Below, piece after piece: positions 25,277 through 36,245 of a stretch of 64,000 nt of DNA (its first letter is position 1; every line of letters begins with the position of its first letter). The position numbers and the translations under genes were made by a program. The stretch lies in sequence record KU521356.1. One strand, 5' to 3'. A model generated the notes under the pieces. That model did not search any database. It saw only the letters and a program-made list of their open reading frames with translations, and was not told the DNA's origin.

Positions 25277-26473
25277 ATGAAAATTAATGAACTTACAAAT
25301 ACTGATTTATTATTAGAAAACCACACTATTAATAAAATTGATTGTTTACTAGGATTACTTTATAAACATAACTTCGATAAAGAATTTACATCTAAAATTA
25401 ATTTTGGTATTCTAACACAAATGACATATCAGAAGGATGATGTCAGTTTTGTAGTGAAGCCTAGTTTTGAAGAAGATTTTATTAATATCACCTTTAGTAA
25501 TGATACATCATGGAATGTTAATTTTGCACTCATCGATGGTAAACCTAAATACATTGGTTATACTGATCAAGAAGTGACAATTGAAGAGCCACATAGCAGG
25601 GAATATTACACTCTAACAAGTGAGAGTATTCGGCAATTAACAATTCAAGTATTAATTAATACATGGTATCAAGTAAATAATATTCCAAGCGAAGTATACG
25701 AGTATCAACATCACTGGAAACTGGATAAAAATATTCTTAACGATGATGATATTATTCGATACTATTATCGTTTCATTTTAGCTACCTATTGGGGAATGCC
25801 AACACCTGATAGACAAGCTACATTTGAAAAGTGGTTAGAAAATGACATTGCAAATGGGGAAGGTGATGACACAACTAATAGTCATTTAAAATGGCTATTC
25901 AAACAGGATCATTCTAATATTACTGAAACAACTAATGTTAGAGATGAAATTAATGCATGTAGCATCCACCACATTTATCCGTCAGGCAATATTACGTGTG
26001 TTTTAACTGATAATAAGAAACCCACACGTTGGCGAGAATATGTAATGCATGCCTTCTATAAAACCATTGGGTATACTTGGGTTAATCCAATTGAACTATA
26101 TTGGCATAAAGGTACTTCTGTGGAGTATGTTAGTTTAGAAACGGTTAATGCCAACCTTTTACTAGCTGCAAATATTTTCACTGTATACAGTAATTGGAAT
26201 ATTACGGAAAATAGCCATACTTCAGATAACTCTGTATCTATCCCAGCTATTAACCTATTTTGCATCAATAGTGAAAATAGTCAATATGCAGTATCCTTTA
26301 AGAATAAAAATAATAACTCTTATGAATTATTTGATTCATTATCCTTAAGTGGAAATCAAATAATTTCATACACTGAAACCGCTATTGAGAAATCTAATTG
26401 TTCTGGTCCATTGAAATTTGTAAGTGATCACGTTATCAAGTTTATTTGTAAGGAACTAACAACGTGTCGATGA
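25277..26473 (+). CDS. AT-rich accessory hypothetical protein
   Basis: 398 aa, GAGG SD. Confidence 0.85.
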   Translation: MKINELTNTDLLLENHTINKIDCLLGLLYKHNFDKEFTSKINFGILTQMTYQKDDVSFVVKPSFEEDFINITFSNDTSWNVNFALIDGKPKYIGYTDQEVTIEEPHSREYYTLTSESIRQLTIQVLINTWYQVNNIPSEVYEYQHHWKLDKNILNDDDIIRYYYRFILATYWGMPTPDRQATFEKWLENDIANGEGDDTTNSHLKWLFKQDHSNITETTNVRDEINACSIHHIYPSGNITCVLTDNKKPTRWREYVMHAFYKTIGYTWVNPIELYWHKGTSVEYVSLETVNANLLLAANIFTVYSNWNITENSHTSDNSVSIPAINLFCINSENSQYAVSFKNKNNNSYELFDSLSLSGNQIISYTETAIEKSNCSGPLKFVSDHVIKFICKELTTCR

Positions 26474-26826
26474 AGAATGAAATTGATAGTTTAACTAAAA
26501 TTATTAATGATTTATTAAAAGAGCACTTTACTAATCGTAAAGAATTTATTACGAAGATTGGTAATAAACGTATAGTCGTTCCGGGTGCTCTAGTTTTCTT
26601 CAAAAAGTTACGTGGAGAAATTACGGCTAAGGTTTATGCAAAGCGTAAAGTAGATGGTGGCTATCATGAGCCAGCTATTAGCACTGTATGCGTTAGTAAT
26701 ACAAATGTATCATGGGGTGGATTCAGTGGTACCCCGCGTAAGGAAATTAAAGATAGTTTAACTATTTTTACTTATGTGGCTATTTACGATGCTCTGAAAA
26801 ATTTATGTAATGATCAATCTAGCTAA
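26464..26826 (+). CDS. hypothetical basic protein
   Basis: 120 aa, AAGGA SD, overlaps the upstream stop. Confidence 0.75.
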   Translation: MSMKNEIDSLTKIINDLLKEHFTNRKEFITKIGNKRIVVPGALVFFKKLRGEITAKVYAKRKVDGGYHEPAISTVCVSNTNVSWGGFSGTPRKEIKDSLTIFTYVAIYDALKNLCNDQSS

Positions 26827-26838
26827 TGTTACTTAACA

Positions 26839-26872
26839 GCATAAGCCCTCCCATTGCGGGAGGGCATTATGT
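26839..26872. terminator. bidirectional terminator, 31/34 identical to 36531-36564
   Basis: GCCCTCCC-ATTGC-GGGAGGGC between convergent genes. Confidence 0.85.
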
Positions 26873-28147
26873 TTATTTTGTTTTTGTATAGTAATTCTTA
26901 GTCATAGCACGTAGAATTAAATACAACATCAACCCAGTCCTAGTTGCTGCGATATATGCAGGTACCCTAGAATTAGTCGCATCCCTAACTAACTTCTCAC
27001 CTTCTTCACGCATGAAAATAACTTGAGCATTTTCTGTTTTAGATGCCATTATCTTTGCTCGTATTTTTACAAGCAATGTTTGTAGATCATTATTTCTAGC
27101 AACCATTGTACGGAGTGATTGCATATAATCGAAAGCATACAATAAGCACTCATCTACGAGTTTCTCAAGCTTTTGTGCCCTAGGTTGACCGATATTACGG
27201 GAAAGGTGTCTAAGTGTCGCCATGAACATTTCTGGTGGCATTGTGGGCATTATCTTTTCAATAATACCGACTAACTCAGGTCTAATGAAATTTTGTTCTT
27301 GTTGCGCAACTTGATGGATATAAGTAAGATATGAGCGATACCCAGTAGACTTATCGCGTAGAATCTGCTCACCATCAGAATTAATAGCCATGTCTGATGA
27401 AATAACTAATTTACCACCTGATTGCAGTGTTCTGATATAAACATCATAGTACTTGTTGATTAATTCACGTAGACGTGTTTGAGTATCAGATACTACACGA
27501 CCAGACCAATAATCCAGTTCTTGTGTTTTACCAGTTAAGAAAGGTGCATAAATAGAATCAGGTGCAATGATACCTTCAGCCCGTTGCCTAAATAGTTTCT
27601 CCCATGACCCAATTGTCTTAATGTCAAATCGATAATTGAGTGCAGCGAATGCAGCTTCGGCTACTTCTTTACGTGCAGGATATTTAAAGCGTGGTACAAG
27701 TAAAGATGTTAGATATTTAAAATGCAACACCATGAAACAACTAACCATTGCTTCATGTCTAATATTCAAAGGAACATTAGTTGTTTTTAAAAGCCTAGAA
27801 CAAATATAGGCAGGAAGATGATTGAATACATCTGACATTACACGATGGTTAGGGTCAATGAATTCAACTGTCTTAAAATCTTGGACTAACAGAGCTTCAT
27901 CAATTCGTAAAACATCATCATACCAAATCTCACGATCCGTATCGAAGAATTTAACTTGTTGTACACCTAGTAATACACCACCAAAGAAAGCAGAGTGATC
28001 AGCATTCCTATTCATAAAACTGATAGTAAAGTCAATAATTCTTTTACATAAATCGCGATCAAATTGAACATCCTTAAAATTTCTATCAAGGACTTCTTTA
28101 ATAGTTGCCATTGGGAAAACCTCCTGGAGAATCAAATCATAAGTCAT
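26873..28147 (-). CDS. conserved virion-associated protein (phiKZ gp32-like)
   Basis: 424 aa, helical; synteny. Confidence 0.75.
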   Translation of the reverse strand: MTYDLILQEVFPMATIKEVLDRNFKDVQFDRDLCKRIIDFTISFMNRNADHSAFFGGVLLGVQQVKFFDTDREIWYDDVLRIDEALLVQDFKTVEFIDPNHRVMSDVFNHLPAYICSRLLKTTNVPLNIRHEAMVSCFMVLHFKYLTSLLVPRFKYPARKEVAEAAFAALNYRFDIKTIGSWEKLFRQRAEGIIAPDSIYAPFLTGKTQELDYWSGRVVSDTQTRLRELINKYYDVYIRTLQSGGKLVISSDMAINSDGEQILRDKSTGYRSYLTYIHQVAQQEQNFIRPELVGIIEKIMPTMPPEMFMATLRHLSRNIGQPRAQKLEKLVDECLLYAFDYMQSLRTMVARNNDLQTLLVKIRAKIMASKTENAQVIFMREEGEKLVRDATNSRVPAYIAATRTGLMLYLILRAMTKNYYTKTK

Positions 28148-28201
28148 AAAAGTACTTATGTTATTTATTCCATGTAATTACATAAATTAGAGGATAATAA
28201 A

Positions 28202-29071
28202 ATGGTTTATAAAATGATTAGTTTATTAAACCTAGCTAACCCTAGTTTAATTCAGCAATTAAGTCAATCGGTATCTAATGAAAAAGATCTAGAAAATCTT
28301 AGAACTAGTGGTTGGCTAAAAGATGATCTTAATAATAATGTGTTTTTCATTTATTCTGAAACATCTTCTGATATTCTAGCTAGTCTAAGGATTTTTTTAA
28401 ATATTGACCCATGGGTAGATAGTGGTAGTAACTATCAGAAACTAGATGTTAGTCAAGTTAGTCGATACATGACAACTGCACTTGCTTGTACTAATAATGA
28501 TTATGAAGTTAATGTTATTAAAACTATTTCTAAATTATTATTATCATTTATTAATAATCAGATATGTTCAGTTAATAATATTAAGTTTAACAATAGTGGT
28601 AATGAAACTCAACTATCAGTTGGATTAATACATAATTCTTATACCCTGGACATAGATTTAAATATTGGAATGAAATCATTTATTGATAATAAAACTATTA
28701 TTGATAAATATAAATTATTTGAAACATCGTTAAGTAAAACTAAGAATGAATTTAATTTTTCTATAGTCACTGATGACAAAGTTAATAAAGTTGCATCCAT
28801 ATACAAGACCGCATCTACATGTGAATATGATGATGCAATTCTATTTAACAAAGATTCGCTAGTAAGTATAAAACCATTTATTGATGGTCATTCACTTATT
28901 ACTACTGATCTTATTGAATCACTTATCGAAGAAATTCAAAATAAAGAAACTAAAAAATTAAAGTTAATCAAAGTTATGTGTTCCAACCATTATCAGAGAA
29001 CTCATGGAGATTTAATCACAATTGTCTTATGCAGCCCTGTTAATATTTGGTCCATAACTATCTATGTATAG
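28202..29071 (+). CDS. AT-rich accessory hypothetical protein
   Basis: 289 aa, GAGGA SD, N/I/K/S-rich. Confidence 0.8.
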   Translation: MVYKMISLLNLANPSLIQQLSQSVSNEKDLENLRTSGWLKDDLNNNVFFIYSETSSDILASLRIFLNIDPWVDSGSNYQKLDVSQVSRYMTTALACTNNDYEVNVIKTISKLLLSFINNQICSVNNIKFNNSGNETQLSVGLIHNSYTLDIDLNIGMKSFIDNKTIIDKYKLFETSLSKTKNEFNFSIVTDDKVNKVASIYKTASTCEYDDAILFNKDSLVSIKPFIDGHSLITTDLIESLIEEIQNKETKKLKLIKVMCSNHYQRTHGDLITIVLCSPVNIWSITIYV

Positions 29072-29078
29072 GTAACAT

Positions 29079-29282
29079 ATGGATTTAAATCCTCATGACA
29101 TCGATAATCAAGCAATATTTAATTATTTAGAAATGCTACCATCTACTTTTAAGATAACTGAATCTACTTTTGTTGCTGCTGATTTTGATAGTAATGGTGA
29201 TGTCATCATACAACTAGAGCAATCATTAATTTATACTGGTTGCTCTTTATCTAAATTTAATGCGTGTTTTAACACTATGTAA
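29079..29282 (+). CDS. small hypothetical protein
   Basis: 67 aa, followed by a hairpin at 29290-29311. Confidence 0.6.
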   Translation: MDLNPHDIDNQAIFNYLEMLPSTFKITESTFVAADFDSNGDVIIQLEQSLIYTGCSLSKFNACFNTM

Positions 29283-29368
29283 ATATAATGCCCTCTCCAT
29301 AAGGAGAGGGCTTATGATGTATTTTCTCTTTTATCATCTGTAGTACAATAACTCAAATATAATTGTAG

Positions 29369-30148
<780 letters not shown>

Positions 30149-30157
30149 GGTACAACC

Positions 30158-30973
30158 ATGGCTAAACGAAAAGCTCGCGCAGTAAGTGCACCAGTAACAT
30201 TATCAGAAATTAGTGAAATCCCTAATGAAGTAACTAATGCAGAGGATAGTGTCAATGAACTTGAAACCACTCCTACTGAAATTGTTTCTACTGAATCAAG
30301 TGAAAATGAAAATACCACTGCCGATTCAGAAAACACAGCCGCAACTGACTCGACAACAGATGAAGAATCAGAAGACACGTCTTCTACTGAAGCAAATGGA
30401 GATGGGGAATCAGAAGAGCCCGATCTATCGGAGAATCAGGAAGATCCGAAGGAGCCTATAGAAACGCCTGAGGAGCCCGTTGAAGATGATGATGGTTCAG
30501 GTGACCCTGATGGTGGTACATCTGAAGAAAAGCCAACAGAAGGCGATCCAGAGGATCCTGAAGAGCCAACTGAACCTACTGACCCTGAAGAACCCACTGA
30601 TCCAGTTGATCCGGTGGAACCACCGCCTGAAGAACCTAAAGCATTCCAATTAAACCTAGCTACAGTGAAATCACAGTTTGGTGATTTACCAACGTATTGG
30701 GCTATTGAGTTAATTAAACGTTATTTCAGTGCGCCACCTGCTATCTATATCCCAGATGTAGTCGATAACCCTGATTTCAAAATAATGGTTCAACAGGTAA
30801 AATTCTTTGGTAATGGTCTACGTCCGATATATAACTCTAAGAACATGATTACTTTCACCACTATGTTAGAAGGTGCAAGTGAAGCAACAATCTTAGAGGA
30901 TATGAAGAAACAACAACCGGCATTACTAAGTTTATTACCTTGGTATGATCCAAACGCTGAAATAGATAAATGA
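30158..30973 (+). CDS. protein with a long acidic E/D/P/T low-complexity region
   Basis: 271 aa; basic MAKRKAR start, acidic middle, folded-looking C-terminal ~110 aa. Confidence 0.8.
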   Translation: MAKRKARAVSAPVTLSEISEIPNEVTNAEDSVNELETTPTEIVSTESSENENTTADSENTAATDSTTDEESEDTSSTEANGDGESEEPDLSENQEDPKEPIETPEEPVEDDDGSGDPDGGTSEEKPTEGDPEDPEEPTEPTDPEEPTDPVDPVEPPPEEPKAFQLNLATVKSQFGDLPTYWAIELIKRYFSAPPAIYIPDVVDNPDFKIMVQQVKFFGNGLRPIYNSKNMITFTTMLEGASEATILEDMKKQQPALLSLLPWYDPNAEIDK

Positions 30974-30980
30974 ACATATT

Positions 30981-31036
30981 GCCTCCCCTAGGGGAGGCTT
31001 TATGCTGAGTTAAAAAAAGTTTAAGATCTATATTAC
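30981..31036 (+). promoter_or_regulatory. terminator plus promoter module
   Basis: GCCTCCCC-TA-GGGGAGGC-TTT, then TAAGATCTATATTAC (core 31029-31036). Confidence 0.75.
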
Positions 31037-31076
31037 ATATTTGCAATAATAAACAATATTCAAATAGGTATCTATA

Positions 31077-31889
31077 ATGACTGAATCAACTACTTTTAGT
31101 TTTACCCCTAATCCACATCTAAAAGAAATATACGATAATTTTAAAAATAAATATCCTAAAAACAGTGTAATCTACGGTTGGATAAATAAAGAAAATAATA
31201 AATGGGGAATTACCGGTAATACGAAATATAATTCAATTACAGGTACTGGCCATAATGTTCAATACATTAATCATCTAATTTCTAGACTACTAGAAGAAGA
31301 ACAGCATTTTGAGAATACACGTATTGAAAGAGCATGGCTTAATTTAATTGAGTCATATGAAGACAGTTATAAAAGCGATGTATCTCACTATACTAATCTG
31401 CCATTAAAAGCCACCTTACCAATTGGTAAGCTCAATGTATTTCAAATCGGAAGAGCACACTCAGATGAACTAGGCATGATTACACTAAAATCTGCCAATG
31501 TATCAGAAATCATTATTGAGTCTAAATCAGCTCTTGATGAAGCTCTTAATTCTATTGATTGCATTATTCATGAAAACATTAAAACTGATTTTAAAGTACT
31601 CATGCATGAATTTTATAAAAATGAACCATATAGGCCTGATTGGTTAAAAGAAAATGGTACATGCAAATTTATTCAATCAACCTTTAACATTGGTTCATCA
31701 TTTGATTTAATTTACTATGGATGGAAGTGGGAAGGTGTAACCAGCAAAACAAGTGATCGAGATGCAGCTGATATGCTGTATTCTGGTATTATTATTAATA
31801 CATCAAAATTAGTTAATGATCCAGATAATGAACCGTTATTTGAACAATTAGTTAATGTATGTGAAGTATCAACTGCTAAAGTAAAATAA
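31077..31889 (+). CDS. AT-rich hypothetical early protein
   Basis: 270 aa, AGGT SD. Confidence 0.8.
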   Translation: MTESTTFSFTPNPHLKEIYDNFKNKYPKNSVIYGWINKENNKWGITGNTKYNSITGTGHNVQYINHLISRLLEEEQHFENTRIERAWLNLIESYEDSYKSDVSHYTNLPLKATLPIGKLNVFQIGRAHSDELGMITLKSANVSEIIIESKSALDEALNSIDCIIHENIKTDFKVLMHEFYKNEPYRPDWLKENGTCKFIQSTFNIGSSFDLIYYGWKWEGVTSKTSDRDAADMLYSGIIINTSKLVNDPDNEPLFEQLVNVCEVSTAKVK

Positions 31890-31925
31890 GTGTATTATTT
31901 TTAATAAATGAAGAGGTTAGAAAAA

Positions 31926-32747
31926 ATGACTCAATTTAACATCACCTGGGAAGAACAACTCCAAGCCCTATCTAAGCTAGATGGTTTACATCATCCACAT
32001 AAATTAGAGGATATCTCCGTTCATTGGGTATTTAATCCAGTAGATATTTCAGTTTTTGTTACATGTGCGACCATGAGTAGTCATAACACCCACTATACTT
32101 TTAAACCGCAGTCAAGTCCAGATGATGCCATGGTGCGAGAATATGTACTATCTCGCATTATTGCCGATAATCTGAAATATGTTGATAATTTATATCTAGC
32201 GGCTGGTGCCGTTATTTGCGGTAATGACGAATACATTAGTGATGGTAATGTGATTGGAATTCATATCGCTGACGGCGTAGGAGGTAACAAGCTTATTCTA
32301 CCAGTCATTGAATTTATGCCAGGCGTTCATGTTGATGATATCAGTGATGAACTAATCGAGTCGTCATCTTATCAAGGTATTTTCAAAACAGATAACCTTG
32401 AAGAGTTTGAATTCCTTGTTGATAAGAAGAATGCAATTAATGTAAAAGAATTAATTCTAGCCCATACTGATTATTTCGCTAATAAGCTGGCCTTTAAAGA
32501 TCCAGCTGAACCAGCTGTAGAAATGTATCAGTTTATTGATCGGACTGAAGTATATTTTAGTTTCGAAGGATGTCATTCAGATGTTGAAGAAGTTCTATTT
32601 ACTATTAAGATCACACGTTATAATCAACCGCTCAATTCAACCGCGATGCAAGTATTTTTGAAAAACCCGCTATTACCGCACATCCGGACCATCGTCCGGC
32701 AGGCCAATCCGACGCAACGGACGCGCGGTGTACTATTTAATTTTTGA
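31926..32747 (+). CDS. dip: Dip, RNA-degradosome (RNase E) interacting protein
   Basis: 273 aa from ATG 31926 (GAGG SD); N-terminus MTQFNITWEEQLQALSKLDGLHHPHKLEDISVHWVFNP recognised as phiKZ Dip; lies upstream of phuZ. Confidence 0.8.
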   Translation: MTQFNITWEEQLQALSKLDGLHHPHKLEDISVHWVFNPVDISVFVTCATMSSHNTHYTFKPQSSPDDAMVREYVLSRIIADNLKYVDNLYLAAGAVICGNDEYISDGNVIGIHIADGVGGNKLILPVIEFMPGVHVDDISDELIESSSYQGIFKTDNLEEFEFLVDKKNAINVKELILAHTDYFANKLAFKDPAEPAVEMYQFIDRTEVYFSFEGCHSDVEEVLFTIKITRYNQPLNSTAMQVFLKNPLLPHIRTIVRQANPTQRTRGVLFNF

Positions 32748-32986
32748 GAAATTCATTACTTTAATAGACTGTATTTCTCTTATTTATCTCTTTTCTTCTA
32801 AAAAGAAAATTATATAAATAGTATATTATGTGGGGGGGACCCTTTGGGGGGGTCCCATATAATATTCCTTATTATTAGAGAAGGGGTATAACCCATCCTT
32901 AGTTCGAGAATCTATTACTTTTAGTAATAAGGGATTGGCTATAAAAAGCCAATACCGTTTAATTTGAAAATTGGAAAAAATGAAAA

Positions 32987-33499
32987 ATGACTGAACAGAA
33001 AGATTACACTCTAGTACGTACTCCACTAACTCATGATGAACTAAAGAAAGCATTTAAAGAAGATAACATTCATGCATCTGATGTTCAACTAGATAGGTTA
33101 GTTAAGTTATCTGAAGAAGTATGCAGTGTTAAAGGTAATTATAACATTCGTCCTTTAGCTAACACAAAAGGTATGGTATTTGAATTCACTAACAAAGATG
33201 GTGAGATCATTGCATTAATTCCTTTTGATATTTCTAAAGAACGTAAAAATGCCAAAATCCCAAAAACGAAATGGCTTACTGAACTTCTAAGTATTTACCG
33301 TTATAAAGTCAGTAAGATTGAAGTTAAGAATGTACTAAACATGATTATTGATTGTGTTAAGTCCGGTGGTACTTGGCAAACCTATATGTGTCGAGATAAG
33401 CTTGCAATTGAATTTAAATCAGATATTGGTAAAGTGGTTAATGAATTAATTGTTCATCAAGAACGAACTCATGAAGAGATCGTTACTTTTAAGCACTAA
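32987..33499 (+). CDS. hypothetical protein
   Basis: 170-aa ORF directly before phuZ. Confidence 0.75.
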   Translation: MTEQKDYTLVRTPLTHDELKKAFKEDNIHASDVQLDRLVKLSEEVCSVKGNYNIRPLANTKGMVFEFTNKDGEIIALIPFDISKERKNAKIPKTKWLTELLSIYRYKVSKIEVKNVLNMIIDCVKSGGTWQTYMCRDKLAIEFKSDIGKVVNELIVHQERTHEEIVTFKH

Positions 33500-33549
33500 T
33501 ACCATTTACAAGTTGGTATATGAATTTATATTAAACACAATGAGGTGTA

Positions 33550-34533
33550 ATGATGTCTAAAGTAAAAACTCGAATTTACTTTTGTGGTGGTGCTGGTTTC
33601 CGTATTGGTGAACTATTCCATGGTTATCATGAGGATGTTTGCTACATTGATACCAGTGTACAAAATAAACACAAACACAATACTGACGATAATACGATCA
33701 TTATTGAAGCGGATACTAAGCTAGCTGACCAGACCGCACGTAAACGTGCTATCGGTATGGGTAAAGATCGTAAGGCAGCCGCAGAACTAATCTCTTCACA
33801 CATTCCTGCCATTGCCCATCATTTCCCAGCAGGGGATGCTAACATTGTAGTGTATTCAATGGGTGGTGCTTCTGGTTCAACTATTGGTCCTTCTCTTGTT
33901 AGTCATCTACAACAACAAGGTGAAGTAGTTGTAAGTGTGGTCATTGGATCTTACGACAGTGATATTAGTCTTCGTAATAGCAGTGGTAGCCTTAAGACTT
34001 TTGAAGGGGTTTCCTCTGTTAGTAAAGTTCCGATGATTATTAACTATCATGAGAATGTTGAAGGTATACCGCAATCAATGGTGAACCAAAACATTCTTGA
34101 AGTACTAAATGCACTAGTAATTCTATTTAATCAAGAACACCAAAGTCTTGATCTAATGGATATCACTAACTGGGCACACTTCCATAAGCACCATGATGTA
34201 CCTGTACAGACTGTCCAATTACACGTGTGTTTCGATCGTCAAGAAGCTCAGGCTATTCTGGATCCAATTTCTATTGCTTCACTATACACTGATCCTGATC
34301 GTGACGTATCTATTAGTACAGTTCTAACTCGTACTACTGGTTATGCTGATCCTGAAAAATATGATTTCGATCAAATGCATTTTGTGATCAATGGCCTATC
34401 TATTGAAGATATTCGTAAACGATTAGAAGAACGTCGTGAAATGATGAATCGAGCCAAAGCTAATATGCGTAAGCGTCAGTCTACTTTAGATGTGGATGAC
34501 CAAGCAACTAGTAGTGGTCTTGTATTCGATTAA
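33550..34533 (+). CDS. phuZ: phage tubulin PhuZ
   Basis: 327 aa; GGAGFRIG glycine loop, YIDTS, GMGKDR, tubulin signature GGASGS, acidic C-tail ending GLVFD. Confidence 0.95.
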   Translation: MMSKVKTRIYFCGGAGFRIGELFHGYHEDVCYIDTSVQNKHKHNTDDNTIIIEADTKLADQTARKRAIGMGKDRKAAAELISSHIPAIAHHFPAGDANIVVYSMGGASGSTIGPSLVSHLQQQGEVVVSVVIGSYDSDISLRNSSGSLKTFEGVSSVSKVPMIINYHENVEGIPQSMVNQNILEVLNALVILFNQEHQSLDLMDITNWAHFHKHHDVPVQTVQLHVCFDRQEAQAILDPISIASLYTDPDRDVSISTVLTRTTGYADPEKYDFDQMHFVINGLSIEDIRKRLEERREMMNRAKANMRKRQSTLDVDDQATSSGLVFD

Positions 34534-34541
34534 CTTATAAT

Positions 34542-34572
34542 GGAGCCCTTCGGGGCTCCTTTTATTTTTTTT
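34542..34572 (+). terminator. intrinsic terminator after phuZ
   Basis: GGAGCCC-TTCG-GGGCTCC followed by a long T tract. Confidence 0.92.
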
Positions 34573-34587
34573 GTAACGAGGTGTAAT

Positions 34588-35070
34588 ATGAAACCAGTAA
34601 ATACAGTTACTTATATTCCTTTGCAGGTAGCTGAATCATTCCATTCCCCTAAAAATATGATCTGTCTACTGGAGAAAGGTAGAGTCCCTCTTTATTTAGC
34701 AAAACATCTTAATTATTTACGTATCAATGTTGACGATATTGAGGATTATATTGATTCTTCTTACGATTTATTTGATCATCGCCATGCACAACGTATTATT
34801 TCGTTCTGTGAAGCTCTTGGTAAGGATCAACACCTATTCGTACACTGTGAGGCCGGTATTAGCCGATCGGCTGCTGTAGCTAAGTTTCTGTGCGATAAAA
34901 TGGGATTCATTCACGTACCACATAATCCATCTTTATTTAATTTTGATGGTTACAATGGTCACATTTATGGAGTTCTATGTAATGCTAAAGCAGGGAAGCT
35001 TTATTATGATGATAGAGCCGATGGTATTTTTATGGGTAAAGTAAATCAGAATTTTGCAGATATTAAATAA
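34588..35070 (+). CDS. PTP/dual-specificity phosphatase-like protein
   Basis: P-loop FVHCEAGISRSAAVA (CX5R); ATG 34588 with GAGG SD (the track start lies in the terminator). Confidence 0.85.
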   Translation: MKPVNTVTYIPLQVAESFHSPKNMICLLEKGRVPLYLAKHLNYLRINVDDIEDYIDSSYDLFDHRHAQRIISFCEALGKDQHLFVHCEAGISRSAAVAKFLCDKMGFIHVPHNPSLFNFDGYNGHIYGVLCNAKAGKLYYDDRADGIFMGKVNQNFADIK

Positions 35071-35109
35071 CTAGCGATAATTAATAATCTGTATATTAGG
35101 AGATAACCG

Positions 35110-35583
35110 ATGGCAAAGAACACTGCTAAAAAGCTCGACGAGCAAATGGCAGCTGAACTTGATCTGACGTTATCTCCGTTTACTATGGTTCTGAAACACG
35201 TAGTTCGTCTCCCCAACATAGTTGAGGGATTTATCTTTGTAATGGTTAAGGATGGAATTATTAGCTATGATCGGGTAGACAAATGGGCTGAAGTAAACGG
35301 GATGCGTTTGCGAGTTCCTCGTTTCAAATCGCATTCGGTTATTGAGAAGCGGTTAAACGATAAGCTGTATAGACGTTGGTATGTTTGGGGGAATGGTATT
35401 TTATATCCATTGCAAACATTCAAGGTTGAAGATTTAAAAGATAATTTCTATTTCAAGATTGACAGTAACCCCCACTGTTGTACCATCCACATTCCAAACA
35501 TAGATGCAGACAGTATACGAAATAATACATTACCATTTTTCGAAAGAGTCCACCCTGGATGGGGTGTTATATTAACTGATTGA
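35110..35583 (+). CDS. hypothetical protein
   Basis: 157 aa, AGGAG SD. Confidence 0.8.
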   Translation: MAKNTAKKLDEQMAAELDLTLSPFTMVLKHVVRLPNIVEGFIFVMVKDGIISYDRVDKWAEVNGMRLRVPRFKSHSVIEKRLNDKLYRRWYVWGNGILYPLQTFKVEDLKDNFYFKIDSNPHCCTIHIPNIDADSIRNNTLPFFERVHPGWGVILTD

Positions 35584-35912
35584 GATTTACGTATATGCTA
35601 TTATTGATTGATTATCCTGAGGTTAAGGAACTGGCAGATTATGTAATGTCTGAATTTGAACAATATCCTAAATTAGTTAGTGGTTCTATTCTTACACTTG
35701 AACACCACACTAAAGGACCATTTGATTTTATCTGGCGATATGACGGGTGTATTGATATTAGATATAAAAATCATATCTGTGGGGCTATTACATTTATGGG
35801 TTCATATCCGACTTATTTAACTTATAAAAATGTTATTACCATTAATGCTCAAGATATGATTAATTCATTAACGGATATCGAGAAATCATTATGTCAACAG
35901 TTGCTCAGTTAA
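35580..35912 (+). CDS. hypothetical protein
   Basis: 110-aa ORF with a 4-nt overlap. Confidence 0.6.
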   Translation: MRFTYMLLLIDYPEVKELADYVMSEFEQYPKLVSGSILTLEHHTKGPFDFIWRYDGCIDIRYKNHICGAITFMGSYPTYLTYKNVITINAQDMINSLTDIEKSLCQQLLS

Positions 35913-36178
35913 GCATTTATGTAAAACAGTTTGTTCGTCTTAATCTTAAAGATGAGGATGTTATTTTAACTGATGGCGAGAAATGGAATATTTTTGTTTT
36001 AAATAAAAATAAACTATTGATTCGTGATAGTGATCGAATAGTGGTTACAACTATCGATTATGATTCATTCGGTAAGATTATTAAGATTGATCATTCTGAT
36101 TTTGTCAATAGCTCCATGGCAACCGATAAGGCGTATGAGGTATTAAAAACATATATAGCCCATCGCTATGGGGTTTAA
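35891..36178 (+). CDS. hypothetical protein
   Basis: 95-aa ORF. Confidence 0.65.
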   Translation: MSTVAQLSIYVKQFVRLNLKDEDVILTDGEKWNIFVLNKNKLLIRDSDRIVVTTIDYDSFGKIIKIDHSDFVNSSMATDKAYEVLKTYIAHRYGV

Positions 36179-36194
36179 TAAATATTTAAATACA

Positions 36195-36211
36195 TTTAAA
36201 GGCTATATTAC
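36195..36211 (+). promoter_or_regulatory. early promoter (TTTAAA-N3-TATATTAC)
   Basis: TTTAAAGGCTATATTAC. Confidence 0.75.
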
Positions 36212-36245
36212 AAACATGATAATAATCCATATTAAAGGAATAATC

